Shown: piece by piece, positions 12,701 through 26,630 of the stretch
Layout of the letters: each line of letters opens with the position of its first letter
How positions within the stretch are numbered: position 1 is the stretch's first letter
From: Ruditapes philippinarum
Taxonomy: Eukaryota
DNA: 64,000 nt
Direction: 5' to 3'
NCBI RefSeq assembly: GCF_026571515.1
Contig: NW_026855453.1
Coordinates: forward strand, 1 to 64,000
Program-made: the position numbers and the translations under genes
The notes under the pieces: model-generated
What the model was told of the DNA's origin: nothing
The model's database searches: none
Seen by the model: only the letters and a program-made list of their open reading frames with translations

Positions 12701-14041
12701 AATCAGTATTTTAATAAAACTCTCAAACTTAATGTTCACATATTTTTTAAGAAACTTGATGTTAACATTATTTTTAAGACAGATGTCACCTTCATAAAAT
12801 CAGTAGTAAATTTACCGTTTGTCAGTACTGTACTCTGAACTACCCTTTAATATCAATGAATCAATATCAATCATTTTAAATGGTGTGTTAAACACACTGA
12901 ATATTAAGAGTTCTTAAGATCTTATCTTTGCAAAATAAAACAAGTTGGCTATTTCACAATATTGATAATCATGTCACTTACGATGATGTTAAATTATAAA
13001 TCCCCCAATTTGACTTTCTTCTTAAAATCCCCAGATCAATAATGAGTCATGATTGATACATGAGAAAAACTGTGCAAAATATATTTATACAAAAATATTT
13101 GCTATTTAACAATCGGGTTTTAAATGTAAAATGCATCATGAACAAGTTACATATTACGCTTATAAAGTGATGCTGCTAAGTTATTGTTAATTATTGAATT
13201 ACATGTACGTCAAACCAGTACATAACATTGTTATTTTGAGTATTCTTTCTTCTTTGTGACTCGGACAAGGTAGAATACAATTATTAAAGTTAAGTTAATG
13301 GATGAATATTTAGACAGACAAAAAGCTTTTTTATAATGATCAGATTGGACCCAATAATATATTTTTCAAATTATGTATTTTCTATCATTATCGCATGGTT
13401 TCGAACGTTTTCTTTGTTCTTACTCATTATACTCAGTACCCTTTCAATGAGCATTTGAAAACTGCATTGATATATAGCACTGTAGTTTTTTTCCATTGAT
13501 TCATATAGGAAAAAAACACAACTAATATATGACAGTTGAGTTTTTTTCGCACCTTGTATATATCAGTGTAGTTTTTCACAGAGGCTCCAATGGGGCAGGT
13601 GTAACGATCATTCCCAGTAGCAAAAATAAATATTATAAAATAAAATAAAAATAAATAAATAAATATAATGAAATATATAATAAACAAAGATAATTAATGA
13701 AATGAAATTTACTCTCATATAATCAAAATATACTTCCGCTGAATGAATTATTTCCGCTGTAAAAAGTCCTTAAATCTTTAATCAGCATTACTTTCTCTAC
13801 AAGGTAACAGTTTACAATCCGGTTTTAACATTAGTGGTCTTAAAGTTTTCAAGGGTTGTATCTTTTTTTTTTTTTGGAGGGGGGGGGGGGGCAGCGAAAA
13901 CAACATGAAACAACTGCCTTATCATCATTAAATAGCTGTAAGGGAGCTCACAATTTATTTATTTATAAATAAATTAATTTATTTCTTTATTTCCCTTTTC
14001 CAAAAAAAAATAATCAAAAGGAAAAAATATGACATTGCGAT

Positions 14042-14190
14042 ATAACAGTTATAGTATATGAAACTCGTCATCTCGGGATGTTTGCGTAAAATATTGTCAC
14101 TCGCTATTTTTTAGCAGAAATAACCCTTGATGTCGCCCCAGCCAGTGATATATCCTCGTAACAAACTCGTTTCATATATTATAACTATTA
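14042..14190. repeat. Short inverted-repeat element
   Basis: taacagttatagtatatgaaac ... gtttcatatattataactatta (22-bp IR with 2 mismatches). Confidence 0.5.
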
Positions 14191-14416
14191 CTTATTATGA
14201 ATTGAATCTTTAAGAATGTACATAAAAGTAAAAATTTTCACAAGAGTGACATTCACAATAAATGATGTATATTTCATGTGGCAGTGTACAAGTCAGACAG
14301 CCGACCGAAACAGACGGCATGTCAAAGCAATGCAAATAAAAATCATATACAGTCATGCGGGATTAGGTCTTATGCATCTGCAAATGTTCATTCCCTATTT
14401 TTTAAGTTCATATTAA

Positions 14417-16600
14417 AGGAGCTCCAAAGAGTCCGATAGCCTGAAAACATAAAAAAGAAAAAAATATTAAAATTCTGCATAAAGAAATATGTTCAAAAAT
14501 ACCAGAGACTTATATAACAGAGATAACCAGAGATACACAAATGAAACATCACTCATGCCTATCAAAAGTGAAAAATAGGCATTTTGTAGCAAATTAAACT
14601 TAATGCTCTTCTATATTTTACACCATTTGAAAGTTAAATCTTTTATCTATTGCTGTATACCAAAATATTGGCTACTTTCCATGCATTTCACTTAGAAAAA
14701 CATAGCAGAACATACCCACTGAGCCAGTTTTTATTTGTTTGGGTCGTCAGACCAAACAAATAATGGTAGCGAAATTTCAGAGTCTAATGTTGTTAATTGC
14801 AAATGCCGAAAGTAGTCCACTTTTTTGAAGCGGTTACTTCCCTTTTGTATGTACACTAAAGCCGAAAAATTCAGGGGAGATCACTGCGTAAAGATGGTCA
14901 AAGACAGGCGCATCAATTTTCAAGCAAAGTAATTCCCGAATGGTCGAATATTTCTAATATTGTTTTATTGTATTTTCTGATCGAAAAATAACTAAATACA
15001 AAGCGGACATTCAATCTCTGACACAGAAGTTTACGACAAACCTAACAACAAGTAGTTCTCAAAACAGCTTAAAACTAGCGATTTAAAAGAAAGAAAATAT
15101 TTTATTTGTTACAATATCCAACAAATTACAACGCATTTAAAGTTAAACAATAGCGTTGGCTTATAGAATTGTCAATAAATGCACAATCACAAATTACGCG
15201 GATGAATATGATTTTATCAATGAAAAATACTATTTATTACCGAATACTACACAAACCGAGTAGTGGAATATATAGATTCTACATGTCGGACTGTTTGGGC
15301 GAGAGGATTTTCGCTAAAATTTTACTTCAATTTTAAACAACAGGTTTACCCTGAACAAAATACTCGAAATTAATAAGGATTACAAACCCGAAATGCAATG
15401 GAAGTTCTAAATTTAGAATGACTTGATATTATTCAGAGTTTCTGTGTATAACTTCTCCGTGGTACAGTGGTAACGCGCTCGCTTAGTGAGTGAGAGGTCT
15501 CGAGTTGGAATCCCAGTCGAGGAACTTTTTTTTTTTGTTAAATTCTTTTTTAAGTGTTTTTGTTAAGGAAGTAGCCATGATATGCAAGGATAAAATGTGG
15601 CTGTCGTAAAAAATGAACATAAATGATTTTTTGATGCAACTCTAGTTATGCAGAATTCCGTATGTATCAAACTCTGGTGCCTTGCATGAATTATAATACA
15701 TAAAAATAAACCTATACAGGAAAATGCATACAGATATACAGTACGATTTAGATTGCAAAGATCAGAAAATACCACAGAACTTGCAGCCCTTTGATTCTTT
15801 ATAAATATAAATGCTTATAGTAAGCTCCAGGATTATTTACATCTGTGTTAAACAACAGTTAAAGTCGTTACAAGCCCTAATTTAGAATAATATGGTTTTC
15901 TTCAGCCCGTTCACATATAAATTCACCGTGGCTGAAGGGTTTTCGGGCTCGCTTAGGAAGCGAGAGGTCTGGAGTTCAAATCCCAGTAAAGGTAACTCAT
16001 TTTTTTTCAAATTGTTAAAGTCAAATAAACATTGGATTGAATATCAGTGTTGCAATTAGTCTTATAGCCAATTTACTACAATTAAAACGCTGTAAATGAA
16101 TAGGTGGCACTATACATATAATCTCACAACCTGCACCTTTCTTACATTCTGAGACCCAAACAAATTCAGCGCCTTCTGTGCTTTGATTTATCATATGAAT
16201 AGTTTTGTGACAAAAATCAATGAGTAGTTCTCTGCAAAAATTGATGTATCATTTACCTGCAGCCATATACAAATGCATAAAAAAATGTATTATTTTACTG
16301 GTTTTGATACCTGGTTAATAAGTTTTACTTGCTATAAGTTTTAGTTTTAGCAAGCACGTGTGATATTTTAACTAGCTAGGAAGTAGCCTATCCTTGTCTC
16401 TGGAAAAAAATTGAATATCGACTTGTGCGACTTTTTGTCAGATTTTAGTAAAATCGTTTAGTAATGCGTTTTGAGTCATTTTACACAATAAAACTGACTA
16501 TTCTGGAACAAAACGACTATGAATGATGAAAATAGGCAGTTTATTATTGTGAAGCCTCATTAACAAGAGTGTCTATTGATGAGAACCCCCGTAACTGCCT
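14417..16600. mobile_element. Possible TTAA-type (Kolobok-like) non-autonomous element containing two tRNA-like segments
   Basis: Starts ttaa|gggagctcc with a weak matching end near 16590-16600. tRNA-like A/B-box segments at 15455-15525 and 15925-15992. Confidence 0.3.
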
Positions 16601-17012
16601 AAAGCAAACATTCATTTCATGTAGTCAAACATTTGAAGAAAAAAAAATACTTAAACTATTTTAACACCCTTGCTGCGTGAACCTATAATTACATTTACCT
16701 TTGTCATAAGTATATAACTGAAATGTAAAACTGAGAGACTTGATTGGCGAATGCTTGAAAAACCAGTTGCACCAAAGGGACCGAAAATATATCTCTTGAC
16801 ACTTTTATGAATTATCTTGATACAAGGAATAATTCTTAAGACTCATTTGTTCAAGATGATGATGAACTTATATATTTTAACGAGAAAGATTTTCAAGATT
16901 TAAATGACATGTGTTCTGAATTAGATTAACCATTTACTGGTTTAGATATTTTGAAGGGCACATCGGATCTTAATTTGAATAAGAGCTGGAGCCCGGAATG
17001 TCGAAAACGATA

Positions 17013-17249
17013 TGAGCCGTTTCATGACAAAACCAACATAATGGGTTTGCAACCAGCATGGATCCAGACCAGCCTGCGCATCGGCGCAGTCTGATCAGGA
17101 TCCATGCTGTTCGCTTACAAACCCTATTGCAAGTACAGAAACTGATAGCGAACAGCATGGATCCTGATCAGACTGCGCGGATGCGCAGGCTGGACTGGAT
17201 CCATGCTGGTCGCAAACGCACTATTTTGGTTTTGTCGTGACGCGGCTCA
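17013..17249. mobile_element. Palindromic MITE family A, copy 2
   Basis: Same TIRs and body as 12464-12700. Confidence 0.9.
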
Positions 17250-17702
17250 TATATCAATCAATGTTTTGTACGAGAAGTGTTAAAATGTGAATGCATCTTA
17301 CAGATTTAACTGATTTTTTATTTTGTTTTCTCAAAGAATTCACCTCCAACAGATATAAAAGTTTACTATCTGGATCCAATCTTCAAAGAAGTTTAATTAT
17401 TGCAGAACCGAGGTGTTTGCGCGGAACAGATTTTCGACCTTAAAGGTCTTAGCTTTGGGAACAGAAAAAAGTAACAAGAAACAAGGCAGATAAATAGGGA
17501 GGATAGGGCTGCACAACGACTTTTCCCTGCATGAAGTTTGTACCGTAGGTTTGCATTTTAGGCGCCTTGCCCGATGACGCGTTGTGATACAGCAATCTGA
17601 CATTGGCCAAATATGTTGCGTGTCTTCGTTTTCGAAAACATTTGTTTTGTTTCCTTACAACATTTGTCTTGTTAAATTTTACATTAACATATTTGCCTTT
17701 AA

Positions 17703-18049
17703 AGCAGCACGCCTCCAGATTCATGTTGATTTTCATGAAAATTTTAGAAATGTATTTGAAAGTAAAATAGTGTAAGGTGAACAAAAATAGTAATTTGCAT
17801 ATTGCAATCGACACCTACAGTCACAGAAAATTTCCAAAAAGTGGTCAACATATGCAAAAACAGCCCTTACTGCGTTAGTAACGCAGTAGAAATATGATGA
17901 TAAAATACTGCAAAATCAGTCTTAAACCGCCCACAACATGTAAAATATAACTAGGATCTTGAATGTTTTTACCTTTCTTAAAATTTTAGTACATTTTTCT
18001 CATTATTTATTTCCTATAAATATTTTGGCTCATCTGGAGGCGTGCAGCT
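17703..18049. mobile_element. TTAA-flanked MITE (Kolobok-like termini)
   Basis: TTAA|agcagcacgcctccagat ... atctggaggcgtgcagct|TTAA. Confidence 0.8.
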
Positions 18050-21027
18050 TTAAGATTTTACATATTAGACCGTATTTCAATGGCATACTCTGAACTTCTT
18101 CCCGCCATATTGTATTACAGAATACGAGTAGACAATGTTTAGCGAGCTATAAACACACCTAAAGTTAACGGTGGTATCACTTAAGGTAAAATATGTATCT
18201 GCCCAATAACATTCGTTAACTTGTGTCTTTGGCAATATTGAACAATGCATTCATATTTGAACGATCCCCGTAATAACCCCAATATGTATATAACCGCAGT
18301 AATGAATTACTCTTATTCAGTACCAATCATACGTAGTTTAGCAATGTTTATCTATAAAGCCTTCGAAATTCGAAAATAATTCACGATAAATTTCGGCGAG
18401 TGATAAATAAATATATATCGTCAGACTCAAAATTATATTAATAAAGTTCCTTTGTTAAAATCCTATAAGAATTTTCATATGTTCTCATCATACATGATTA
18501 ACACTAATAGAATCATTTTCCTATTTTCAAATGTTACCATTTTAATGTATCATGTTCACTTTGTTTCTTTCTTTTATCATTATTATTATTATTCAATCCC
18601 TTAAGAAAATCAATTTGGTTTTGTAATGCAAAAAAACTAAAGGTAAACAAATCTTGATAATCGTTACACAATAAATACTATGGTTATTTCCCTTTTATAA
18701 TAAACTATAAGTAGAGAATTATTACCATTGGTTAATACCAACATTTACAATGAATTTATCAATGTCTGTCATTGTATCATATTGTATTATATTGTACTGT
18801 GTCAATGGCTTTTAAACATCAACCAGACTGGTGTTGTTCATATATGCAATTCTATTCTAATTTATTTCGAACAAAGTTTGTTGTTTAATAAGCGACTTAG
18901 TAAGCAACACCTTATCGCTTGTGATCATTTGTTGCACCAAGATATGTCCTTGCCGACCTGTTTAGGCTTTTATCTATGTTTTAAATCTATATTTCGCTAC
19001 TATTGCAAATAACTACTCTACAGTTTCTTTTTTATTGTTTTATATACAACACACACTTAATGACACATATAACTGTTATCTGTTCAATACAGCATAAAAA
19101 TTGACTTTTGTCCAATAATACAGGTTATCCTAGGTATGTAGATAAATAAATGAATTGGCTTTATTTTTAGATGAAAAAATAAGTAATAAATACACGTTAA
19201 GTAATACATAACTTTAGATCATATCATAAAACAGAAAACAGTAAGAACTCAAGCCACTTGCCTTGTTAAATTTCGTTTGGAAGCTTGAAGACTGATTTTT
19301 GCTTGAGTATAGGTAAATTATTTAAAATATTTTCATATCAAATCAAACGTGAATTAGTATATTTTTAAGAGTCATTTAAGTAGTTAACAAATTTAAAGTT
19401 AATACAATAGAATGTTTCGGGTGTAATATAAACCAAAATATTTTGACAGATTATATTCGTCTGTTCATACATTTAAAATCTGGTGAAGGGGAGATCTCCG
19501 GCTGTATTGTGATTGGTCATTCAGCAAAGCACCGTTCATATACCATTTTATGATACTGTTCATATGCTAGAAATTAATTAATGATTTTTATCAACCATTT
19601 ATGGTATTACAGGCGACATGGTAATCCAATGAGCATCGCCGTTACAAACATGCAGAAATTGGTGGCTAAATAAAGGCTCAACGATTTAGCTGTATTTTCT
19701 GTAGAAACAAATAATTGTAAAGCATTTTTAATGTTAAAAAAGATAAAAATGTGTAAAATTTGTATCTTTAACTGCAAATATAATGAGATAAGATTGATTG
19801 ATTCTAAAAATAAAGTATCTATTTTTATGTCTACGTAATACATATACATGTTTTTTGGTTTCCTTATAGAAAATAAGACGTTAAATCTACAAATATATTT
19901 TTGTTTGACTATGTTAAACCTTGCTGTCTGCTTACTTAATAGGTCATTTAATAATATATTATTGATCATGATTCATATATATGGGGACTCCAAATGGTAG
20001 CAGAGGGCAGCATAAAGACGATGCTTAAAACACAAACTTAATCTTTAGTTTTGTCTTATTGAAATAATGTTAGTTGCATTTATTTTAAAATAAAAACATG
20101 ATTTTATTGGTTTGTATACAGTACATTATCATATAGAATATCATGGAACATAAAAAAATGTTCAATACATTTTCTACAAACTGTTTAAATGCATGAGTAT
20201 TAGATATTCAAATAAAATGCCACGTGGAAAAGTAAGAACGCATCACGTTATCGGTACTTAAAAGACTGACGATAAACAGTTACGAAAGTAGTAAAAAATA
20301 TATCAAATTTGACTAACTGAAAAATATATTTGAAGAACACAAATCGAATTGATAGCATAAACAGTAGAAATTCTTTTATTTAATAAAGCCATAACATATT
20401 TTCAGAGCTTAAATAGTGTAGGTTACCACTTGATATCAGTTCAATACGTTTAAACTTTATAAAAGTATTTTAAAAGGACTCTACTGCGGTTATTTGACAT
20501 GCCGGGACTGGAAATATTTTTTGAGAATTTGATGCAGGCCTTGACCAGTAAATTGTGTACAAATTTAAGGATTCTTTTGTTTTGTTTTTCAGAATAACCA
20601 TATTCATATTGCAAACTGACCAAAAATTATAAGCGTCGCAACGTCTTACGCTCACACCGGGATAAGAAACCCAAAACATCGATATTCAATTTAAGTCTGA
20701 ATTTATTTGATAACTGTCCTTTGCAGATTTTTTTTTCATTTTAAGTGTTTCACTTGTCCTATTAAGAATTTTAAATATTATATTTTCAATCTATTTAACT
20801 TCAGTGGAGTTCCCTTAATATTGTTTATAATTTCATAACAAAAACAAAACAGCAACAACAACAGAAAACAAAACAAAACAATGGACATGTAAATATAAAA
20901 TGGTACTCGTCCTTAACATCAACAATGTTTCAACAAAGTGATTATCTATTATTTTGTAATAATCTATTTTTATAAAACTTTTCTGTTTTAGATACAGAAA
21001 TTGTTTCATCTTGAGTACTTCTGAAAA

Positions 21028-22515
21028 ATGGCGCGTAAAAACAAATCAACGAGAAATGCTAAACCCAAGGCAACTCATAAATCTCCAGAAAAACCAGTAT
21101 CTGAGAATTTACAAGACAAACAAAGAGGAAATATGCCACGGAGGAGAGCAACAAACTCATTGTCCCGCGACATTGAGAAAAAGAAAGGTAATGCTAATTA
21201 CCATAACACAGTGTTTCTTTAATTACTATTAAGTGTATATCATATAATGCTACAAAGTATATCTATTAATTTGTTACCCGCAGACGCAGTTCCACTTGTA
21301 GTTATCAAAGTTGATAATAAAGTCAAATATTCCGAGTAGTCAGGTTAGTTACAATTATAATTGTTTTTCAGATACAAATGAAAACGACGCTGCTCACGTC
21401 GTTGGTACCGTTGTTGGTATCATTGGTGGTACATTTGCAGGGATACTTGTCATGCAAGCAATGATGTTTATTTATGGACCAATATTCGGCAGTTTTGCAG
21501 GAGCAGGTACTGCCGGTTTGTTTGGTGTGGCCATTCAAAGTGAGTATCAAGAAATGGTTAAGTAGTTTAAAACAATATTTCCTTTGTTATTATATGTTAA
21601 AGAAATTAGTTTCAGTAATGATATCTGAAGAAACCGTTGTTTCAGCAAACGTGACTTTACAAGCATTGACCATTCCCTATCATTTAAAGCTGTTTTTCTT
21701 GAAACATGTAGACCTTTTGTAAATATTCTACAGTTTACTCTCCTAGTTTTATTCATTTTTCAGAATTATGGAATTGTAATATTTCTTATCTTTTGTATAT
21801 TCATTTCTGTGTCCATTTAGTTTATCATTTTCATTTTTAATAAAATGACCGAAAAATTTGTGTTCCTTTCTTTACAGGTGTTCTGTCGAAGCATGTTCAG
21901 CTTTTGAACGTTATTCTTCTCGTATTAGGCTTGTTACTTCTGCCTTTGCTTATCTACCTTGTGTTCGGTAAGAAACCATCTGATTTATTTCACGTACATT
22001 TGATAAAGTTTCCATTTGTAAAAGTCGTTATTGAATATTAATACAAAACTGGAATATTTTCTTTTGTCGTAACTATCAAACAAAACACTATAGAAAATAT
22101 AGAAATTATACATTCGGTTTACGACCTTTCAACAATTTTCTTTTTCATGACTTTTATAAGCACTGCGATAAATGGGATGCAAAAGGGGTCACAATAATCC
22201 AGTTGGTTTTGGTCAATCAGAACATCAACCTTTTGCTCCTGAAGTTTAACCAGAAATTGCTTTTTTTTTTAATTAGATACCATTGTTTTGTAAAATTATA
22301 TACCAAAAAGACATTGGCATGGACTCAGGTTAGCTTAAAGTCGAATAATGAATTTTAATAATAAAGATTTGAATGATTTGTCAGAAGTCTAAAGACTTGT
22401 AGTGTCCTAATGTTTGAGATAATTTGTGTCTTTTACAGGAGCAGCTACAGGAGCATCTACGTTTGATTATGTCCGGGAAAATAATGAACCAAGAAGCATA
22501 GTTAACTTGGAATAA
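21028..22515 (+). CDS. Small multi-pass glycine-zipper membrane protein, paralog A (164 aa, unknown function)
   Basis: join(21028-21187, 21372-21539, 21878-21967, 22439-22515), all phase-1 GT-AG introns, 495 nt open. Basic N-tail, two GxxxG-repeat hydrophobic helices, one Leu-rich TM. A 5'UTR acceptor ends at 20991. Confidence 0.8.
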
Positions 22516-22689
22516 AAGTTACAGATTACAGAATTATAATGATAGTCATCACCTCTATTATTCTACATTCAACGAGAAATGTTGTTTATCGAGAATGTAA
22601 CGTGTTTTAATTGTATTGGACTGTTAATAGTCCAGTTCATAAAAGAATTATCAGTTTACCTAGATTACAACTTCTTATGAGGAGCTTAA

Positions 22690-22854
22690 AGCAGCGTGCT
22701 TCCAGATTCATGCTTATTTTCATGAAAACATAGAAAATGAATTTTAAAGTACAATCTTGAATCTTGAATCTTTCTCACTTTTTTAAAGTCTTAGTACAAT
22801 TTTCTCAAGTTTGATTTTCTTGAAATGCTGTGGCTTAACTTGAGGCGTGCAGCC
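22690..22854. mobile_element. Internally deleted TTAA-flanked MITE
   Basis: TTAA|agcagcgtgcttccagat ... tgaggcgtgcagcc|TTAA. Confidence 0.7.
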
Positions 22855-23259
22855 TTAAAGTTCCTTTTTGCATCTTTGATTTTGGTTTTCATTTCAGTAA
22901 AACACATCGATTTTCTAAGTTACTAGTATTCATATACAATAACTCTGACAATTTAAGTGATGTAATGACAAAATCTCTCTGAGTTATCTTTTAACACTTC
23001 GACTTTTCTGAGATTTTTTTTCAACTTTGATTTTCAACACTGTTAGTATCATATGCCATTGATCCTACTATTAAATATATGAAATAACATTGAGCAATAA
23101 ACAAATAAAAAACTCTTCCAGAAATATAGCTTAATTTATTTAACTATTTTATTCCAGAGAAATAAATAATTTCGAGATATAGTCAGAATATGGATTACAT
23201 TTGATTACAATTTCTTCAAAAATCAAAGCTTTATAAATTATATTTAAGAGTTCTGTCTG

Positions 23260-24982
23260 TTAAATTAAGCATCTTGTAACTGACCCATTGATATCATTTT
23301 GTAATCGTTGAAGCCCGGACTTAACGTCATTAAAAACTTTTCTCTCTAGTGAATTTTCTGGAAATAGCTGTCGAATATTCTCCTCAGCAACATCAAGTGC
23401 AGCACTGATTCCAGCTTGTATTACCTTGTTTGTCGCTTCAGTCACCATACCTCTTGATTCTGGACTTTAATTCAGAAAATGAAATTAATATTGATCGGCT
23501 TAAATCGATGAAAGTAATGACAAAGAAACAAGGGAGAAGATAATTATGATAATGATTATAATTATGAAAGACTATTCATTCTTCTTTTTAAGAAAAATAT
23601 CATATCCTTATCTTTTTTGGTTTAAAACAGAAGGCAGAGTAGATATAATTATTTTAGACCCGTATTAAAAAATCACGATGCTTACCTCATTGAATTCCAC
23701 CGTCTTCTTAATGATTCTGTGGCCGTGTGTACAATATTTTTTGTCGCTACTGCAAGACCTCTTAACATTTCCTTAGCGTAGTTTGCCACATGTGTTATTT
23801 TCACGTTCACCCACTCTATGAAGTCCGTTAACAGTTTTTCAATTTGTCTTCTGTAACGCCACAATGAATATCCACCAGTTGCCAACACTTAAATGGAAAT
23901 ATCCATGTGATTAAAGAATGAATTCACAGTTTTTCTTCGAGGTATCATTGCAAAAATTCTTTTGTGACGTTTTAAAAATATCAGCATTTAGATCTTTAAT
24001 TTAGGTCTATGACACAATGATGTATTATTTGTAATACGAGTCTTTTTTTATATATCTTATTGATTATATTAGTTTGTTATTCTTGATTAATTCAAAACAC
24101 AGGGCAGAACTACAATGTTTTTTTAATAGAAACTAGAAATGTGTCCATAGGACACGGGTGCCCCCACTCTCCACTGGTTTTCAATCTTATGACTCTAGGT
24201 GAAATAATTTTTGGGCTAAATGTGCCACAATTTGAAAAATAATAATTTTTACAAAGTCAAGTACAGTAACTCTAGAAATACTGGATAAATCCACAAGCCA
24301 AACCCCATGTGCACAACTACACAAGCTAACCAACATTCCTGTTAAGTTTCATGACTCTAGGTTAAATACTTTTTGAGCTATGCACCACAAAAATTGAAAA
24401 TTGCAAATTTTCACTAAATCTAGGGCAATAACTCTTACAAAACAGAAAATCCACAAGTGAAACCCTAGGTGCACAACTTCACATGCTGTGCAACATTTCT
24501 GTAAATTTTCATGACTCTTGGTCAAATACTTTTTGAGGTACGTGCAACACAAGTTAAAAATTGCAAATTTTTACTAAGTCAGGGGCAAATACTCTGATAA
24601 AACACAATAAATCCACAAGTTGAAAATTGCAAATTTTTACTACTTCAAGGGCAATAACTCAAGAAATACTTAAAACATCCACACAAAAATACCAAGGTGC
24701 ACAGCTACACATGCTGAGCAACATTCCTGTAAAGTTTCATGACTCTAGGCCAAATGCTTTTTGAGCTATGTGCGACACAAATGAGAACGGAAAAACACAC
24801 ACCGCTTTTAAAATGTTGCTTTTTTCGGTGTGAGTAAACCAATATAAATATAAAAGAAAGATACCAATAGATATGAATAGTAATGGTTACTTTTACTATA
24901 CATTATTATACCATATACTTGTAAATGAATTAAACTTACCGAAACCAGCAGTGACACCTATTTTTACAAGATTCAGGGCCAT
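23260..24982 (-). CDS. Small signal-anchored alpha-helical protein (149 aa, unknown function)
   Basis: complement(join(24940-24982, 23686-23887, 23260-23464)), phases 1 and 2 consistent, 450 nt: MALNLVKIGVTAGFVLATGGYSLWRYRRQ...VTRCLI. An upstream non-coding exon ends at 25128 (GTAAGT donor). Confidence 0.8.
24131..24792 (-). mobile_element. Helentron-associated non-autonomous element (HINE) with about 160-bp internal tandem repeats, inside an intron
   Basis: aactag terminus with hairpin gtgtccataggacac. The unit marker atgactct recurs near 24189, 24351, 24511 and 24739. Confidence 0.7.
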
Positions 24983-25218
24983 AATTGTGATAACTGAAAA
25001 ATAAAATAAAAACAAACGCTATTTTCTCGTTTGCTGCCTAAAGAGAACAAAATAGCAAAACAAATAACACATATAGCAAGAAAGACCAATAAATCAATAG
25101 AGAAATAGTATTTTATTTTTTACTTACATTCGTCTTAATGTCGCAAAAACCGACTTCCTGTAAAATTCCGGTCGTACACAGAAATCTAAACAGAAAAGTG
25201 TCAATGGTGAAGGATTTC

Positions 25219-25297
25219 TTATAATTAAATGGGCAGAGGGGAATTCCCGGCGGAAAAAGCTTGAAATTTAGATCTATAAATAAGACACGGAAATTCC
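25219..25297 (-). promoter_or_regulatory. TATA box plus two NF-kB/Rel sites upstream of the 149-aa gene
   Basis: Minus-strand TATAAG near 25223. Palindromic GGGAATTCCC at 25239-25248. GGAATTTCC (minus) at 25289-25297. Confidence 0.6.
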
Positions 25298-25576
25298 ATG
25301 TTGATATATCGAATAATTGAGTAGCTCTTAAAGTAAACTTTGTCTTGACATAGAAATAAACAACATGATATATTTCCATTTTCCTTTATTATGGTAATAC
25401 GTATTCAATTAAATATATGATTGCATTTATAATCATCGCTATCAAACAAAGATCGAGGTTTTAGTTTACCTTAGTTTTACTATAATTTTAGTTGGCGCGT
25501 AGCCAGGTCAATAACTAGTACACCGACTATACCTTCAATTGAAATAAAGTCATTTCAAACATAACATAAATACATA

Positions 25577-25778
25577 TGAGCCGTGTCATGACAAAACCAA
25601 CATAATGGGTTTGCAACCAGCATGGATCCAGACCAGCCTGCGCATCCGCGCAGTCTGATCAGGATCCATGCTGTTCGCTATCAGTTTCTCTACTTGTAAT
25701 AGGGTTTGTAAGCGAACAGCATGGATCCTGATCAGACTGCGCAAACCCATTATGTTGGTTTTGTCATGACGCGGCTCA
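25577..25778. mobile_element. Palindromic MITE family A, copy 3 (about 35-bp internal deletion)
   Basis: Same TIRs as the other copies. Confidence 0.9.
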
Positions 25779-26379
25779 TATATAAAATAAAATATATATC
25801 ATATATATATAAAAATATGGGGGAAAAAGACTTCACATGCAATCAATTATTTAATATTAATCAAAATATCAAACATGTAATATACATATTTCTATAAATA
25901 TAATTTATTACAACAAGGGAAGTAATTATGATTTAACGTTTATTTAAATAGGCGGAGGGGAATACCAAAAGGAAAAATGTATATCTATAAATAACAGGGT
26001 AATTCCATGTCATAGATTTTGGTCGTTTGGTCGTTCTTACATAACATAAGCAATAAACAGCATTTAATACTTCCAAGTTCATTAATGGTAAAACTTTTAT
26101 AAAGCATAATAAATTATAAATGACATATAAATGAATATCGATACCAAGCAAAAAGGTTTAATTTACTTTACATTCAATGTATATATGTATTCAGATTTAT
26201 ATACTGAGACGATATATGTTATCATTTTTACTAATACCCGAGGTAAAATAACTTTGATATAGATCTAATTTTGACACAATTTGTCAATTATTTTCTGTAG
26301 GTTTTGAAAATGAAATATATTTTTCGTTATTTTACATTCGTCTATTTATAATAAAGATATTTCAAGGTGAAGAAAAAAC

Positions 26380-26630
26380 GTCTGTGGCTGAGTAGTGAAG
26401 GTCGGTGACTTTAAACCACTTGCCCATAACCTTGTGGGTTCCGATATCACGAGATACTATGGATTCTTGCGAAGAAGCTATCCGGTTAGCCTATAGAACG
26501 TTGATTGTTCTGCCCGGGTATGCGTTCGTGCCTGAAATTCATAGAGGGTCGCCTGAGACCTGTGTCTAACAGTAAAGCTTGAATGTCGTAATATGACCTT
26601 AACAGTGTTGGTGCGACGTAAAACCCAACA
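26380..26630 (+). mobile_element. tRNA-derived SINE
   Basis: A-box-like gtggctgagtagtg and B-box-like gggttccgat, with 3' tail tgttggtgcgacgtaaaacccaa. A homologous reverse copy lies at 36560-36810. Confidence 0.7.

Noticed and set aside
12414-12797. ORFs overlapping MITE family A (also 16970-17240)
   Set aside because: They arise from the GC-richer palindromic MITE and recur in each copy; they are not genes.
15455-15525. Functional tRNA gene (also 865-925 and 15925-15992)
   Set aside because: The boxes are degenerate and I could not fold a convincing cloverleaf; treated as tRNA-derived repeats.
23260-23274. C-terminal RCLI as a CaaX prenylation signal
   Set aside because: The Cys is third from the end, not fourth.
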